From assembly GCA_965205505.1 (NCBI GenBank), contig CBDBHB010000009.1, positions 2,432,001 through 2,496,000 on the forward strand: 64,000 nucleotides of DNA, in the 5' to 3' direction. The notes under the pieces were generated by a model. The model was not told the DNA's origin. It saw nothing but the letters and a program-made list of their open reading frames with translations, and ran no database searches. Made by a program: the position numbers and the translations under genes. Source of the stretch: Acidobacteriota bacterium. GTDB taxonomy: Bacteria; Acidobacteriota; UBA890; WLXD01. Shown piece by piece: positions 18,422-28,732 of this stretch. How positions within the stretch are numbered: position 1 is the stretch's first letter; the number at the start of each line of letters is the position of its first letter.

Positions 18422-20158
18422 ATGAGGGTGCTCGGGATGGGGCGAGCATGGCTCAGGGTGGCAGCGGCGGTGAGCGCGGCGGTGGCGCTGATAGCCGTGC
18501 CCACGGTGCTGGCTTCACAGGCGCCGATCGACTTTGGCCGCCTGGCGATGGGAGCACACGGCGCCGTGGTCAGCGTCGACGGCCACGCCACGAACGTCGG
18601 TATCGAGGTGTTGCAGGCCGGCGGCAACGCGATTGATGCCGCCATTGCGGTGGGCATGACGTTGGCGGTGACGCACCCGCAGGCCGGCAATCTGGGTGGT
18701 GGCGGCTTCATGGTGGTCTACCTGGCCGAAGAGGGCCGCTATACGACGCTCGACTTCCGAGAGAAGGCTCCTGCGGCCGCCACCCGCACCATGTACCTGG
18801 ACGAGGACGGGAGGCCAGTACGTGGGCTGAACTACGTCGGCTGGAAGGCCGTGGGTGTGCCGGGAACAGTCGCCGGGTTCGGAGCAGCGCACGCGCGCTG
18901 GGGGCGGCTGCCCTGGTCGCGCCTCGTCGAGCCGGCGGTGCGGCTCGCATCGGATGGGTTCTACGTCAGCCCGTACCTGGCGGGATCATTCGCCCGGGTA
19001 GCGCGGATCTTCCGGCAACATGAGGCGTCCGCAGCGACTTTCCTGCACTCGAATGGCACCCCTTACGCGGCGGGGGAGCGCTTCCGTCAGCCCGACTTGG
19101 CATGGACGCTCCGGCAAATCGCCAGCGGTGGCGCCGATGCGTTCTATCGCGGACCCATCGCGGAGCGCGTTGCCGCGGCCATGACCGCGAACGGCGGCCT
19201 CATCACAGCGGCGGACCTGGCCGCGTACGAAGCCATCGAGCGTGAGCCCGTTCGCGGTACTTACCGTGGCTACGAGATCGTGTCGATGGGGCCACCGTCG
19301 TCCGGCGGCACGATCCTTGTGCAGATGCTCAATATTCTCGAGCAGTTCGATCTCAGTGAGATGGAGCCTACTTCGCCGGAGCTCGTGCACTTGATGGCCG
19401 AGTCGATGCGCCAGGCGTATCTCGATCGCGCCTTGTACCTCGGCGACGCCGACCATTCTCCGGTTCCTGTCGAGAGGCTCACATCGAAGGAGTACGCGCG
19501 CCAGTTGGCAGCCGAGATTCCGCGCGAGCGCGCACGCGCAAGCTCCGAGGTCGGGGTCAGCGTGCTGACGACTGCCGAGTCCCCAGAGACCACCCACTAT
19601 TCCGTTGTGGACGCTACCGGGAACGCTGTATCGACGACCTACACCATCGAGGCAGGGTTCGGTGCCAAGGTCGTAGCAGCGGGCACCGGTTTCCTGCTCA
19701 ACAACGAGATGGGTGATTTCAATGAGTGGCCTGGCGTCACCAACTCTCGTGGGTATGTCGGTACCGAGCCGAACCTCATCGCTCCCGGGAAACGGCCGCT
19801 GTCGTCGATGACGCCGACGATCGTCGCTAGGGACGGAGTACCGCTGGCGCTGATCGGATCACCTGGCGGCAAGACGATTATCAACACCGTTCTGAGGGTG
19901 GTCACGAACTTGATCGATTTCGACCTTGCTCTGCCGGACGCTGTCGATAGTCCTCGAGTCCACCACCAGTGGATGCCGGACTCCCTTCGACTCGAGAGCA
20001 GCTTTCCGGCCGCGACGATCGCCACGCTCGAAGAGATGGGTCATTCGCTCGGGCCGGCGCGGCTGCAAGGCGACGCGCACTGCATCTACATCTACCCAGA
20101 CGGTGCACGCATGGCGGTCGCCGACGGCCGTCGGTCCGGAGCCGCCGCGGCCTACTAG
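18422..20158 (+). CDS. ggt: Gamma-glutamyltranspeptidase
   Basis: Signal peptide, GGNAIDAA, LDFREKAP, autocleavage site E-TTHYS, LNNEMGDF, RPLSSMTP, GSPGG. Confidence 0.95.
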   Translation: MRVLGMGRAWLRVAAAVSAAVALIAVPTVLASQAPIDFGRLAMGAHGAVVSVDGHATNVGIEVLQAGGNAIDAAIAVGMTLAVTHPQAGNLGGGGFMVVYLAEEGRYTTLDFREKAPAAATRTMYLDEDGRPVRGLNYVGWKAVGVPGTVAGFGAAHARWGRLPWSRLVEPAVRLASDGFYVSPYLAGSFARVARIFRQHEASAATFLHSNGTPYAAGERFRQPDLAWTLRQIASGGADAFYRGPIAERVAAAMTANGGLITAADLAAYEAIEREPVRGTYRGYEIVSMGPPSSGGTILVQMLNILEQFDLSEMEPTSPELVHLMAESMRQAYLDRALYLGDADHSPVPVERLTSKEYARQLAAEIPRERARASSEVGVSVLTTAESPETTHYSVVDATGNAVSTTYTIEAGFGAKVVAAGTGFLLNNEMGDFNEWPGVTNSRGYVGTEPNLIAPGKRPLSSMTPTIVARDGVPLALIGSPGGKTIINTVLRVVTNLIDFDLALPDAVDSPRVHHQWMPDSLRLESSFPAATIATLEEMGHSLGPARLQGDAHCIYIYPDGARMAVADGRRSGAAAAY

Positions 20159-20170
20159 ATCAGCGCGATC

Positions 20171-20308
20171 AGACGGGTCGGCCGGCGCAGCCCTCGACCG
20201 ACGGCGGGAGGCAGCCCCCGGCCCCGGCCGACCCGTCTAAAGCGAATACTCGGCAACGCGGTGAGCAGGGCCGCCGCCCACCCCGGTGCGGTCCGCCCAC
20301 CGCGCTGC
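20171..20308. terminator. Two long GC-rich hairpins between convergent ggt and nrdJ
   Basis: Perfect 15-bp inverted repeat agacgggtcggccgg (20171-20185) / 20224-20238, and a second imperfect stem at 20253-20308. No clear U-tract. Confidence 0.45.
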
Positions 20309-20334
20309 GCGAGAAGATCCGCGAATCGGCTAGC

Positions 20335-23217
20335 TCAGGAGCACCCCGAAGTCGATCCGCAATTCATGCATTTGTGACAATTTCCGTTGGCAACCATGAG
20401 CGACCCGCACTCCGGACACAGCGGCGCGTCGGTCGGTGGAACGAAGCCATAGCTATTGCTCTCCGCCGTTGCTCGGCTCGCGCCGGGTTCGGCTGAAACC
20501 ACCGCCTTCGGCTCGGTCGCGTCATCGCCGCCGAGCCCGAGCTGCTGTCGCTCCTCTTCGCCGAGGAACCGGCTCGCCATCCAACGGAAGATGTAATCGG
20601 TGATCGATTTGGCGAACCGTATCTCGGGGTTGCCGGTGTAGCCGGAGGGCTCGAACCGCGAGTTGATGCACTTCTGCACCAGGAACCTCAGCGGAACGCC
20701 GTATTGCAGTGCGAACGACGTCATGCTGGCGAACGAGTCCATAAGGCCCGAGATCGTTGAGCCTTGCTTGGCCATCGTGATGAACACTTCGCCTGGTTTT
20801 CCGTCCTCGTACAGGCCCACGGTGATGTAGCCCTTGTGGCCGGCGATCGAGAACGTGTGGGTCACCGAGGCACGCTCATCGGCCAGACGGCGCCGCACGG
20901 GCGGCTGAGTCGTTGGCGCCTCGCCATCGGCCTGCCCCGCCGTAGTCGCGAGCGGCTGTGAGCGTTTGCTTCCGTCACGGTAGATCGCGACCGCCTTCAG
21001 GCCCAGCTCCCAGGCCTGTTGGTAAGCGTCGGCGATCTCGTCGACGTTCGACTCTGCCGGCATGTTGATCGTCTTCGAGATGGCGCCGGAGATGAACGGC
21101 TGCGTCGCCGCCAGCATCTTCAGATGGCCCGAGTGATGAATCGTTCGCTCACCGTTCGGTGGCCGGAACGCGCAGTCGAACACCGGCAAGTGTGACCCGT
21201 TGAGATCAGGCGCACCCTCGATGGTGTTCTTCGTGTTGACGTGATCGACGATCCTGCTTGCCTGATCGCGGTTATACCCGAGCTTGCGCAGGGCGGCCGG
21301 GACGGACTCGTTGACGATCTTGAGCATGCCACCGCCGACCAGGCGCTTGTGTTTCACCAGCGCCAGGTCAGGCTCCACTCCAGTGGTGTCGCAGTCCATC
21401 ATGAAACTGATCGTTCCGGTCGGCGCGAGCACCGACGCCTGGGAGTTTCGGTAGCCATGTTCCTCGCCCAGTTCCACCGCTCGGTCCCAGACATGCCGGG
21501 CGGCGCGAGACAATGAGCTCGGGAGCGTCGCATCGTCGATGTCGTACGCGGCATCGCGGTGCATGCGCATCACTCCGAGCATCGCTTCTGCGTTCTGGGC
21601 GTAGCCTGCAAAGGGGCCCTGCACCTCGGCGCAGCGCGCCGACTGAGCGTAGGCCTCACCGGTCATGACTGCGGTGATGGCGGCGGTGTAGGTGCGACCC
21701 TCATCGGAGTCATAAGGCAGCCCTTGGTGCATCAGCAGGGCTCCCAGGTTGGCGTAGCCCAGTCCCAGCGGTCGGTAGTCGAGTGAGTTCTGGGTGATCG
21801 TTTCGGTCGGGTAGTCGGCGTAGCCGACGACGATCTCCATCGCCGTGAACACGACATCCACCGCCTTCCGGAAGCTCTGCACGTCAAACGTGCCGTCCCC
21901 CTGCTGAAACCGTAGAAGATTGAGCGACGCCAGGTTGCAGGCGGTTTCATCAAGGAACATGTACTCCGAGCAAGGGTTGGAGCCGTATATCCGATCGGTG
22001 GCCTTACAGGTGTGCCAACGGTTGATCGTGTCGTCGTACTGCATCCCGGGGTCACCGCAGTGCCAGGTCTCCTGGGCGATCTTGCCGAGCAGCTCTCTGG
22101 CGTTGTGCGTGCCGACGGGCTGCCCATCGACGCGGCCGATGGTGGTCCAGTCGGTGTCGTTCTCGACCGCTTGCATGAACTCGTCCGATACCCGCACGCT
22201 GTGGTTGGCGTTCTGGAAAAAGACCGACCCATAAGCCTCGCCGTCCAGCGACGGGTCGTAGCCGGCGCCGATCAAGGCCCAGGCCTTGCGCTCCTCAAGC
22301 CCCTTGCACTCGATGAACTCCACGATGTCCGGGTGGTCGACGTCGAGGATGATCATCTTGGCAGCGCGTCGCGTCTTGCCTCCGCTCTTGATCACTCCGG
22401 CAAAGGCATCGAACCCTTTCATGAAAGAGACCGGTCCGGATGCGACGCCGCCGCCGGACAGATGCTCTGTCGAACCGCGCAAGCGCGACAGGTTTACTCC
22501 AGCACCGGATCCGAACTTGAAGATCAACCCTTCAGTCTTCGCCAGGTCGAGGATCGACTCCATCTTGTCCTCGACGTGGTTGATGTAGCAGGCCGAGGCT
22601 TGCTGGCGCTCTCCGGCGATCCCGATGTTGAACCAAACCGGAGAATTGAAGGCCACCATCTGGTGCAGCAGTAGGTGGGTGAGCTCGTCCGAGAAAATCT
22701 CGGCGTCCTCGTCACTGGCGAAATAGCTGCCGTCTATTCCCCATTGCGTCATGGCCCCGACGACGCGCCCAATCAGCTGCTTGAGGCTCGACTCGCGACC
22801 CGAGGTGCCGAGCTGTCCGTGGAAGTACTTCGACGCCACGATGTTGGTGGCTAGCTGGCTCCAGAACGCCGGAAACTCGACGTCCGCCTGCTCGAAAACC
22901 AAAGCTCCCGTATGGCTCTCGATGACCGCATCGCGGCGGCCCCACTCGACCGCGTCGTAGGGGTGCACGCCCTCGGTGCTGTAATAGCGCGTGAAGCTCA
23001 AGCCAGTGCGATTCTTTGCCGCTTTGTGTTTCTTTGTCGTTGGCTGCTTCCTGGTAGCCTCGGCCCCACGTGGAGCGGGATCCGCAGTCTGGGAGGCACC
23101 GGAGCCGGGAGGCGCGTTCTTGTCAGGGGACATAGTACTGATGCTCCGCACTTTGGGGCGTTTGGGAGGCTGTTGTGCCCGTTGCCGCGGCTGCTGACGG
23201 CCTTGCCAAGGCTCCAT
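20335..23217 (-). CDS. nrdJ: Class II (adenosylcobalamin-dependent) ribonucleotide reductase with TSCPD and C-terminal Zn ribbon
   Basis: FNSPVWFN, SACYI, SGGKTRRAAKM, SNPCSEY, APTGTISF, ISKTINMP, YRDGSK, CPECG...CMNCGSTSGCS. Alternative start at 23133. Confidence 0.95.
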   Translation of the reverse strand: MEPWQGRQQPRQRAQQPPKRPKVRSISTMSPDKNAPPGSGASQTADPAPRGAEATRKQPTTKKHKAAKNRTGLSFTRYYSTEGVHPYDAVEWGRRDAVIESHTGALVFEQADVEFPAFWSQLATNIVASKYFHGQLGTSGRESSLKQLIGRVVGAMTQWGIDGSYFASDEDAEIFSDELTHLLLHQMVAFNSPVWFNIGIAGERQQASACYINHVEDKMESILDLAKTEGLIFKFGSGAGVNLSRLRGSTEHLSGGGVASGPVSFMKGFDAFAGVIKSGGKTRRAAKMIILDVDHPDIVEFIECKGLEERKAWALIGAGYDPSLDGEAYGSVFFQNANHSVRVSDEFMQAVENDTDWTTIGRVDGQPVGTHNARELLGKIAQETWHCGDPGMQYDDTINRWHTCKATDRIYGSNPCSEYMFLDETACNLASLNLLRFQQGDGTFDVQSFRKAVDVVFTAMEIVVGYADYPTETITQNSLDYRPLGLGYANLGALLMHQGLPYDSDEGRTYTAAITAVMTGEAYAQSARCAEVQGPFAGYAQNAEAMLGVMRMHRDAAYDIDDATLPSSLSRAARHVWDRAVELGEEHGYRNSQASVLAPTGTISFMMDCDTTGVEPDLALVKHKRLVGGGMLKIVNESVPAALRKLGYNRDQASRIVDHVNTKNTIEGAPDLNGSHLPVFDCAFRPPNGERTIHHSGHLKMLAATQPFISGAISKTINMPAESNVDEIADAYQQAWELGLKAVAIYRDGSKRSQPLATTAGQADGEAPTTQPPVRRRLADERASVTHTFSIAGHKGYITVGLYEDGKPGEVFITMAKQGSTISGLMDSFASMTSFALQYGVPLRFLVQKCINSRFEPSGYTGNPEIRFAKSITDYIFRWMASRFLGEEERQQLGLGGDDATEPKAVVSAEPGASRATAESNSYGFVPPTDAPLCPECGSLMVANGNCHKCMNCGSTSGCS

Positions 23218-23255
23218 CTTCTACCTTGCCGCTTTCGCGGTTGTCAAGGCGTTGA

Positions 23256-23303
23256 CCACAACATGTGGGGGGTCAACGTCAACAACCCCGCAAGGTATTG
23301 TGG
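23256..23303. promoter_or_regulatory. Tandem NrdR boxes
   Basis: ccacaacatgtggggg (23256-23271) and ccgcaaggtattgtgg (23288-23303), 32 bp apart and immediately upstream of nrdJ. They match the NrdR pseudo-palindrome and its usual spacing. Confidence 0.8.
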
Positions 23304-23318
23304 AAATCGTGTGGAAAA
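23299..23318 (-). promoter_or_regulatory. Two DnaA-box-like sites
   Basis: Minus strand TTTTCCACA (23318-23310, fits TTWTNCACA) and ATTTCCACA (23307-23299, one mismatch). Confidence 0.45.
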
Positions 23319-23484
23319 CGATACCTACCGCACCGGTGCCGCGCAACCGTATGTTCAGTCTATACAGCGTTCACCGGACACCCGGATACCGGGACCGGGG
23401 GGCGAAAGTGCGGCGATCGGGGTGTGCAAAACAGCTCGAAGTTTTTTTCGGTTTGCCGTCGGGTCGAGGCGCTGAAGTGGTGTT

Positions 23485-23513
23485 TTGCTGCCTCTAATCG
23501 CGTGTGTTACTGT
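23485..23513 (+). promoter_or_regulatory. Candidate ferredoxin promoter
   Basis: TTGCTG-N17-TACTGT with TG extension. Confidence 0.3.
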
Positions 23514-23623
23514 GGCTGCGCGGGCGTATCAGCGCTCGCTATGACGCCAAGAAAGCAAGTCTGGCCCAACTAGCAGGCCAGGTCACATTTGGGAAGCGGG
23601 TCACAGTAGGAGAGGATGTCAGG

Positions 23624-23920
23624 ATGACCTACATCATCGCTGAACCGTGCGTGAACGTTCGCGATCGAGCCTGCGTTGAAGTATGCCCTGTCGACTGTAT
23701 CTACGAGATCGACGACGACGGCATGAGCGTGCACGGCGTGAAAGCTCCCGAGGGTAAGGAGCAGATCCTCTATATCCACCCTGAGGAGTGCATCGATTGC
23801 GGCGCCTGCGAGCCCGTCTGTCCGGTCGACGCTATCTTCTTGGACGAGGAAGTGCCCGGTAAGTGGACCGAGTACACGCCGCTCAACTACGTGCTCTCCG
23901 ACGTCCCCTACGAGGAGTAG
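23624..23920 (+). CDS. fdxA: Dicluster (7Fe-type) ferredoxin
   Basis: MTYIIAEPC...[12 protein letters not shown]...[18 protein letters not shown], with AGGAGAGG upstream. Confidence 0.92.
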   Translation: MTYIIAEPCVNVRDRACVEVCPVDCIYEIDDDGMSVHGVKAPEGKEQILYIHPEECIDCGACEPVCPVDAIFLDEEVPGKWTEYTPLNYVLSDVPYEE

Positions 23921-23956
23921 CCTGGAGCGGCGCGCCTAGCCCGCCCGCGCCGAACG

Positions 23957-24325
23957 CTAGTTCTGTGTTGGCTCGGGGGCGCGGTGCACCTCCAGACGAT
24001 TGTCGACGTCTTCGACCCCGTCTACGCCACGGGTGATGAACTCGGCAAGAGCTTGCTGGTCCGCGGTGCCGACCTGACCGCCGAGGATGACGGTGCCTTC
24101 CTCCGCATCGACCTCGATGTCGAAGAGACTGAAGTCCTTGTGTAGCGCGAGCGCGGCGCGCACCTTGGTCGACAGGCGCAGGTTGCGTGCCCCACGCTCC
24201 GCCGAGTCGAGCACTTCAGAGGCCTCTTCGCGCAGCAGCCCCAGGTCGAGCGGGCCCTCCAGGAAATGGATCACCGTCACCCCGGCCAAGAACCCGAAAA
24301 GAAAGACGAGTATGTTTCGCCGCAT
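23957..24325 (-). CDS. BON-domain membrane protein
   Basis: N-terminal TM, then KVRAAL...IEVDAEEGTVILGGQV...VDGVEDVDNRL. GGAG RBS. Confidence 0.85.
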   Translation of the reverse strand: MRRNILVFLFGFLAGVTVIHFLEGPLDLGLLREEASEVLDSAERGARNLRLSTKVRAALALHKDFSLFDIEVDAEEGTVILGGQVGTADQQALAEFITRGVDGVEDVDNRLEVHRAPEPTQN

Positions 24326-24449
24326 GGCTCCCCCCATTTTGAACGTACCTAATTTATAACGCCGACAACCCCGGGAAAGGAGTGCCCGTCGGTATCAAGC
24401 GGCGGAGGTTGCCTGACGAGCGCCCGCCGGTCGGTCGGTCGGCGACGCA

Positions 24450-24727
24450 CTAGTGGCCTGTAACAGATGATCGTTGCATATCGTGGTGGCGAAATGGGTC
24501 CGGATGCCAGGCGCGACGACGAGACGATGTTTGCCCATCTTGGAGGAGGAGTAACGCCGCAGACGGGCCGATTTCGCCGCCATCCTGCGGACAGATTGGC
24601 AGTTGCGGGCGATATCGGCGTTGCGCCTCGTCGACGATGCCTATTGCATCGCCTTCCTCGCCGCGCCTTGATCTCACCCGCAAATCCCTTCTGCGATATG
24701 CAACGATCATCTATTACAGTCCACTAG
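24450..24727. mobile_element. IS630-type MITE, family 2 (278 bp)
   Basis: CTAG at both ends, 34-bp terminal inverted repeat ctagtggcctgtaacagatgatcgttgcatatcg with 2 mismatches. Internal core related to the elements at 42277 and 54970. Confidence 0.85.
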
Positions 24728-24758
24728 ACTATGCAGAAGAGTCTCCAAGCGTCGATCG

Positions 24759-27700
24759 ATGGAGGAAGGCAGGGTGTCTCGAGAAGGTCAGCAGCTCGGC
24801 CGGCGAAGCGGCCGACGGCGCTCACCGCTGCCCATCCTGGCGGCGGCTCTAGCTCTCGTTTGCGGTCCGCTTGCCGGCCCTGGAGAGCCGCAGGACGCCG
24901 CCCAGCAATCGTTACGAAACCGCGGGCAAGCCCTGTACGAGGAGAAGCAGCATGTGGCCGCCGCGGCGGCGTTCCAGCGCGTGGTGCAGCAGTCCGGGGC
25001 GACCGCGCGAGATTGGATCAATCTGGCGCTGGCGTTGTACGAGACCGCTGTCGCGCCCGCCGCCGACGACGCTGTGCGCGCTGCTCTCGATGCTGCCGGT
25101 CGACTCGATCCGCAGCATGCTGGCGTCCCGTACCTCCGCGGCTTATTGCACGCCAAGCGGGGCGAGATTGCGGAGGCACAGGCGGCGCTCTCTCTTGCCG
25201 CCGAGCTCGATCCGGCCGACCCGGCCATCCGCTACAACCTCGGGGCGAGCTACGAGACGCTACGAGACTTGGAGTCGGCGCAACGTCATTATGCCGCCGT
25301 CATGGCGATGGGCTTCGACATCGGGCTGCAGCATTTCGTCTCAGCGACGTACCGTTCCGCGTTCCTGTTGATGCGTGGTGGCGATCGCCAAGCGGCGTCG
25401 CCGCTCCTCGAGCGCCACCAGATGTACCAGCGCCAGCTCTCGCAGGCGCAGCGGGCACCGGCGGCGCTGGAGGCGGGTCATTACAAGCGTGTGGAGGTGC
25501 CGCGCATCAACTTCGCACGGCCGTCGACGGATTCAGCGGAACGGCTGATGTTCACGCGACGAGAAGTGCGGCTGCCGGCGGCCCTCGAGGGGCGGTTGCT
25601 CGCCGCCGACCTTGGAGCCGGGCGCGTTGAGCTGCTGCAGGTCGGGTCGACGGAAGGCGCATCCGGTGGTGGTAGGGCGGTTGTCCTCGATGCCGCAGCG
25701 GGTCCGGTGGCGCTAGGCGACGCCGATCGGGATGGGAGGCTCGATGTGTACGTTGCCACGGCGTCCGCAGGTCAGTTGTTCCGCAACCTCGTGAGTACCA
25801 CGCCGGCGGCGCGATTTGAGCTCGTCGAGACAGCAGGGCTGCCGGTCACGCCCGATGCGACCAAAGTGACCTGGGTCGACGCCGACCACGACGGCGATCT
25901 CGATGTGCTGATCGCCGTCGCCGGTAGTGGGCCAGGTCTGCGGCTGGTGCTCAACCATGGGGGCGACGAGTTTGCTGACGCCACCGTCGACGCCGGGCTA
26001 GGGGCACAGCCCCCAGCAATCGGTGTGACGTGGGCCGACTTCGACGACGACAACGATATCGATCTCTATGTCGTCGGCGATCGCGCACCGACGGCCTTGT
26101 ATACCAACTTACGCGGCGGGCGATTCGAGGAGATCGCTGGTGCCGTGGGCGCAAGCGGCGACGCCGCCACAGTCGACGCGATTGCCGAGGACTTCGACAA
26201 CGACGGCGCAGTCGATCTGGTGCTTGGGGGCGCGTATGGCCTACGCGGGCTCCGCAACGACGGCGACGGCACCTTCGACGATCGTCCTATCGATATGCCC
26301 GCCGCTGTACGGCGCATCGTCGCTGGTGATCTCGACAACGACGGCTGGCTCGATCTGGTCGTCGAGACCGGCGACGAGGTGCACACGTTGCTGAACATTG
26401 GCGAGTGGCGATTCGTTGCCGGACCGGTGCTCGACAGCAACGGCGGTGAGCTTATCGACGCGTTCGACGGCAACGGCGACGGCAGCGTCGATATCCTCGT
26501 GAGCGCTGGCAGCACGGCTGTCTGGTACGAACAGCCTGCCCCGCTAGGTGCCTGGTTGAGTGTGCGGTTGCAGGGCATCAAGAACAACATCCGCGGCGTC
26601 GGTGCGTCGGTCGAGGTCAAGAGCGGTGGTCTGTACCAGCGCCGCCGCATGCGGCGCGACGCCGTGCACGTCGGACTCGGAGATCTCGATGAGGCCGAGG
26701 TGGTGCGGATCACATGGCCGAACGGCATCCTGCAGAACGAGACTGCCGTGGCGGTGCGGACGACGCTCGGTCCAGTTACCGAAGTGGAGCGGCTCGAGGG
26801 CTCGTGTCCGCTGCTGTACACGTGGGATGGGAACACCTGGCGTTTCATTAACGAGGTGCTCGGGGTAGCTCCGCTAGGAATGCCACTTGCCACCGGGGTC
26901 ATCCACCCGGCTGATTTCGACGAGTACGTACCGGTGCCGGGCGAGGCGCTGCAGCCTCGGGACGGCGTGCTGGAGTTGCGACTCAGCGAGGAGCTGCGCG
27001 AAGCCGGATACCTCGACGCGGTACGTCTACTGGCCGTGGATCATCCCGAAACGACGCTGGTGATTCCGGACGAGAAGTTCGTCGCGCCGCCGCATCCCGA
27101 GCTCCGGCTGTTCGTTGTCGACGAGCCCCGCCCGGTGACCGCCGTTGATCAGGACGGTCGCGATTGGAGCGCTGCAGTAGCTTCGATCGACGGCGTTTGG
27201 CCGGCACCCTTCGAGCCGGCTCTGTATGAAGGGCTCGCCACGTCCCACGCTCTCGATCTATCGCTTCCGGATGCCGGCGCTGGCGGCCTGGTGCGGTTGT
27301 ATCTCACCGGATGGGTGTACTGGGCTACCGCCAGCGTTAACCTGGTCGTTGATGAGGATCCGCGCGTGGCGTTCGCGCCGGTCGCGCTCGAGGTTCCCGA
27401 TGGTCGTGGCGGATGGCGCACGGCAATCGAGGACATCGGATTGCCCAATGGTAAGAACTCCACTATTAGCGTTGACGTAACAGGGATCATCGATCCCCAG
27501 GATCCGCGCATCCGGGTGACCACCACGATGCGGCTCTATTGGGACGCGGTGTTTTACACCGTTGGCGGTCCTCATCCACGCGGTTTGCTGCCGACGGGGA
27601 ACTGGAAGGGCGAGTGGGAGGTGCCGCATGGCGGTACCCTGATGATGCGGGACGCCGCGAGCGGGGCGATCCCGGAGCTGAGCGTGCACGTGCTGGAGCC

Positions 27701-28166
27701 GGCCGGTGCGGAGATCCGTTGGCGTGGGTTCTCGGCGCTGCGACGGACCGCGGATGGCTACGAGACCTTCGACTACGAGAATGTCAGCTCGAGCTCGAAC
27801 TGGGATCCGCATAGGGGAAGTTACACGCGCTACGGTGCCGTGGGCGAGCTCGTGGGGGAAGCGGACGATCGCTACGTCATCATCGCGGCCGGCGACGAGG
27901 TGGTGCTGCGTTTCGCCGACACCCTGCCTCCGGTCCAAGACGGCTGGCGACGCGATTGGCTCGTGTATCTGAACGGATGGGTGAAGGACGGCGATCCGAA
28001 CACACTGCATGGTGATCGTGTAGAGCCGCTGCCCTTCCACGCCATGAGCGGCTACCCGTACGGTCTTGGCGAGCAGTTCCCGGACTCGCCGCTGCACCGC
28101 GCCTGGCAGGCCGAATACAACACGCGGCCGGCGCGGCGCGTGAACAGGCCGCTAGATCGCGACTAA
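24759..28166 (+). CDS. TPR + FG-GAP repeat + ASPIC/UnbV (CRTAC1-like) secreted protein
   Basis: Signal peptide, TPRs, repeated DxDxDGxxD loops, VHVGLG...VRITWPNG (UnbV), GSCPLLYTWDG C-terminal module. Confidence 0.85.
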   Translation: MEEGRVSREGQQLGRRSGRRRSPLPILAAALALVCGPLAGPGEPQDAAQQSLRNRGQALYEEKQHVAAAAAFQRVVQQSGATARDWINLALALYETAVAPAADDAVRAALDAAGRLDPQHAGVPYLRGLLHAKRGEIAEAQAALSLAAELDPADPAIRYNLGASYETLRDLESAQRHYAAVMAMGFDIGLQHFVSATYRSAFLLMRGGDRQAASPLLERHQMYQRQLSQAQRAPAALEAGHYKRVEVPRINFARPSTDSAERLMFTRREVRLPAALEGRLLAADLGAGRVELLQVGSTEGASGGGRAVVLDAAAGPVALGDADRDGRLDVYVATASAGQLFRNLVSTTPAARFELVETAGLPVTPDATKVTWVDADHDGDLDVLIAVAGSGPGLRLVLNHGGDEFADATVDAGLGAQPPAIGVTWADFDDDNDIDLYVVGDRAPTALYTNLRGGRFEEIAGAVGASGDAATVDAIAEDFDNDGAVDLVLGGAYGLRGLRNDGDGTFDDRPIDMPAAVRRIVAGDLDNDGWLDLVVETGDEVHTLLNIGEWRFVAGPVLDSNGGELIDAFDGNGDGSVDILVSAGSTAVWYEQPAPLGAWLSVRLQGIKNNIRGVGASVEVKSGGLYQRRRMRRDAVHVGLGDLDEAEVVRITWPNGILQNETAVAVRTTLGPVTEVERLEGSCPLLYTWDGNTWRFINEVLGVAPLGMPLATGVIHPADFDEYVPVPGEALQPRDGVLELRLSEELREAGYLDAVRLLAVDHPETTLVIPDEKFVAPPHPELRLFVVDEPRPVTAVDQDGRDWSAAVASIDGVWPAPFEPALYEGLATSHALDLSLPDAGAGGLVRLYLTGWVYWATASVNLVVDEDPRVAFAPVALEVPDGRGGWRTAIEDIGLPNGKNSTISVDVTGIIDPQDPRIRVTTTMRLYWDAVFYTVGGPHPRGLLPTGNWKGEWEVPHGGTLMMRDAASGAIPELSVHVLEPAGAEIRWRGFSALRRTADGYETFDYENVSSSSNWDPHRGSYTRYGAVGELVGEADDRYVIIAAGDEVVLRFADTLPPVQDGWRRDWLVYLNGWVKDGDPNTLHGDRVEPLPFHAMSGYPYGLGEQFPDSPLHRAWQAEYNTRPARRVNRPLDRD

Positions 28167-28732
28167 GGGCGTCGTAACCCTGTCGCCAGCCCCGCCACAC
28201 TTCCCCGCTGATCGATGGGCTCGTACACGCGGAAGCTGAAGGCGAAACGGTGCTCTGGGTCCGCCGGGTGATGCTCCTCCGAAACGAGACGCCAGCGCTG
28301 CTCGTCGAGGCGCGGGAACGACACGTCCCCGGCAACGGCGGCGTGAACGCGGGTGAGATAGATCCGATCAGCGATCGGCAGCGCCTCGGCGAACAGAGTT
28401 GCGCCGCCGATGACGAAGAGCTGCTCGCCGTCGGTCGCGGCCGTCAGGGCGTCGTCGAGCGATCTCGCCACTTCAGCGCCCTGGGCTCGATAGTCGGGGT
28501 CGCGGCTGAGCACGATGTTGCGTCGGCCGGGCAGCGGCTCGCCGATCGACTCGTAGGTGATGCGGCCCATGATGATCGCGTGCCCTAGCGTGATCGCCTT
28601 GAAGCGCCTCAGGTCGTTCGGTAGGTGCCACGGTAACTGGCCGTCGCGTCCGATGACGCCGTTGTCGGCGGCCGCGACGATCAGACTCAGTCGGTGAGCG
28701 TGCTGCGTCGAAGTGTCCGCATGGGTGGTCAC
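28163..28732 (-). CDS. folA: Dihydrofolate reductase
   Basis: [57 protein letters not shown] overlap with the thyA stop. Confidence 0.95.
   Translation of the reverse strand: MTTHADTSTQHAHRLSLIVAAADNGVIGRDGQLPWHLPNDLRRFKAITLGHAIIMGRITYESIGEPLPGRRNIVLSRDPDYRAQGAEVARSLDDALTAATDGEQLFVIGGATLFAEALPIADRIYLTRVHAAVAGDVSFPRLDEQRWRLVSEEHHPADPEHRFAFSFRVYEPIDQRGSVAGLATGLRRP

Noticed and set aside
23217-23620. Cobalamin riboswitch upstream of nrdJ
   Set aside because: No recognisable B12-box or conserved core was found, and the NrdR boxes explain regulation.
24450-24727. The 86-aa ORFs on both strands as protein genes
   Set aside because: They arise from the MITE's inverted repeats and show no protein-family features.
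25710-26500. Recurring gacttcgacaacgacggc-like motifs
   Set aside because: They encode FG-GAP calcium loops.
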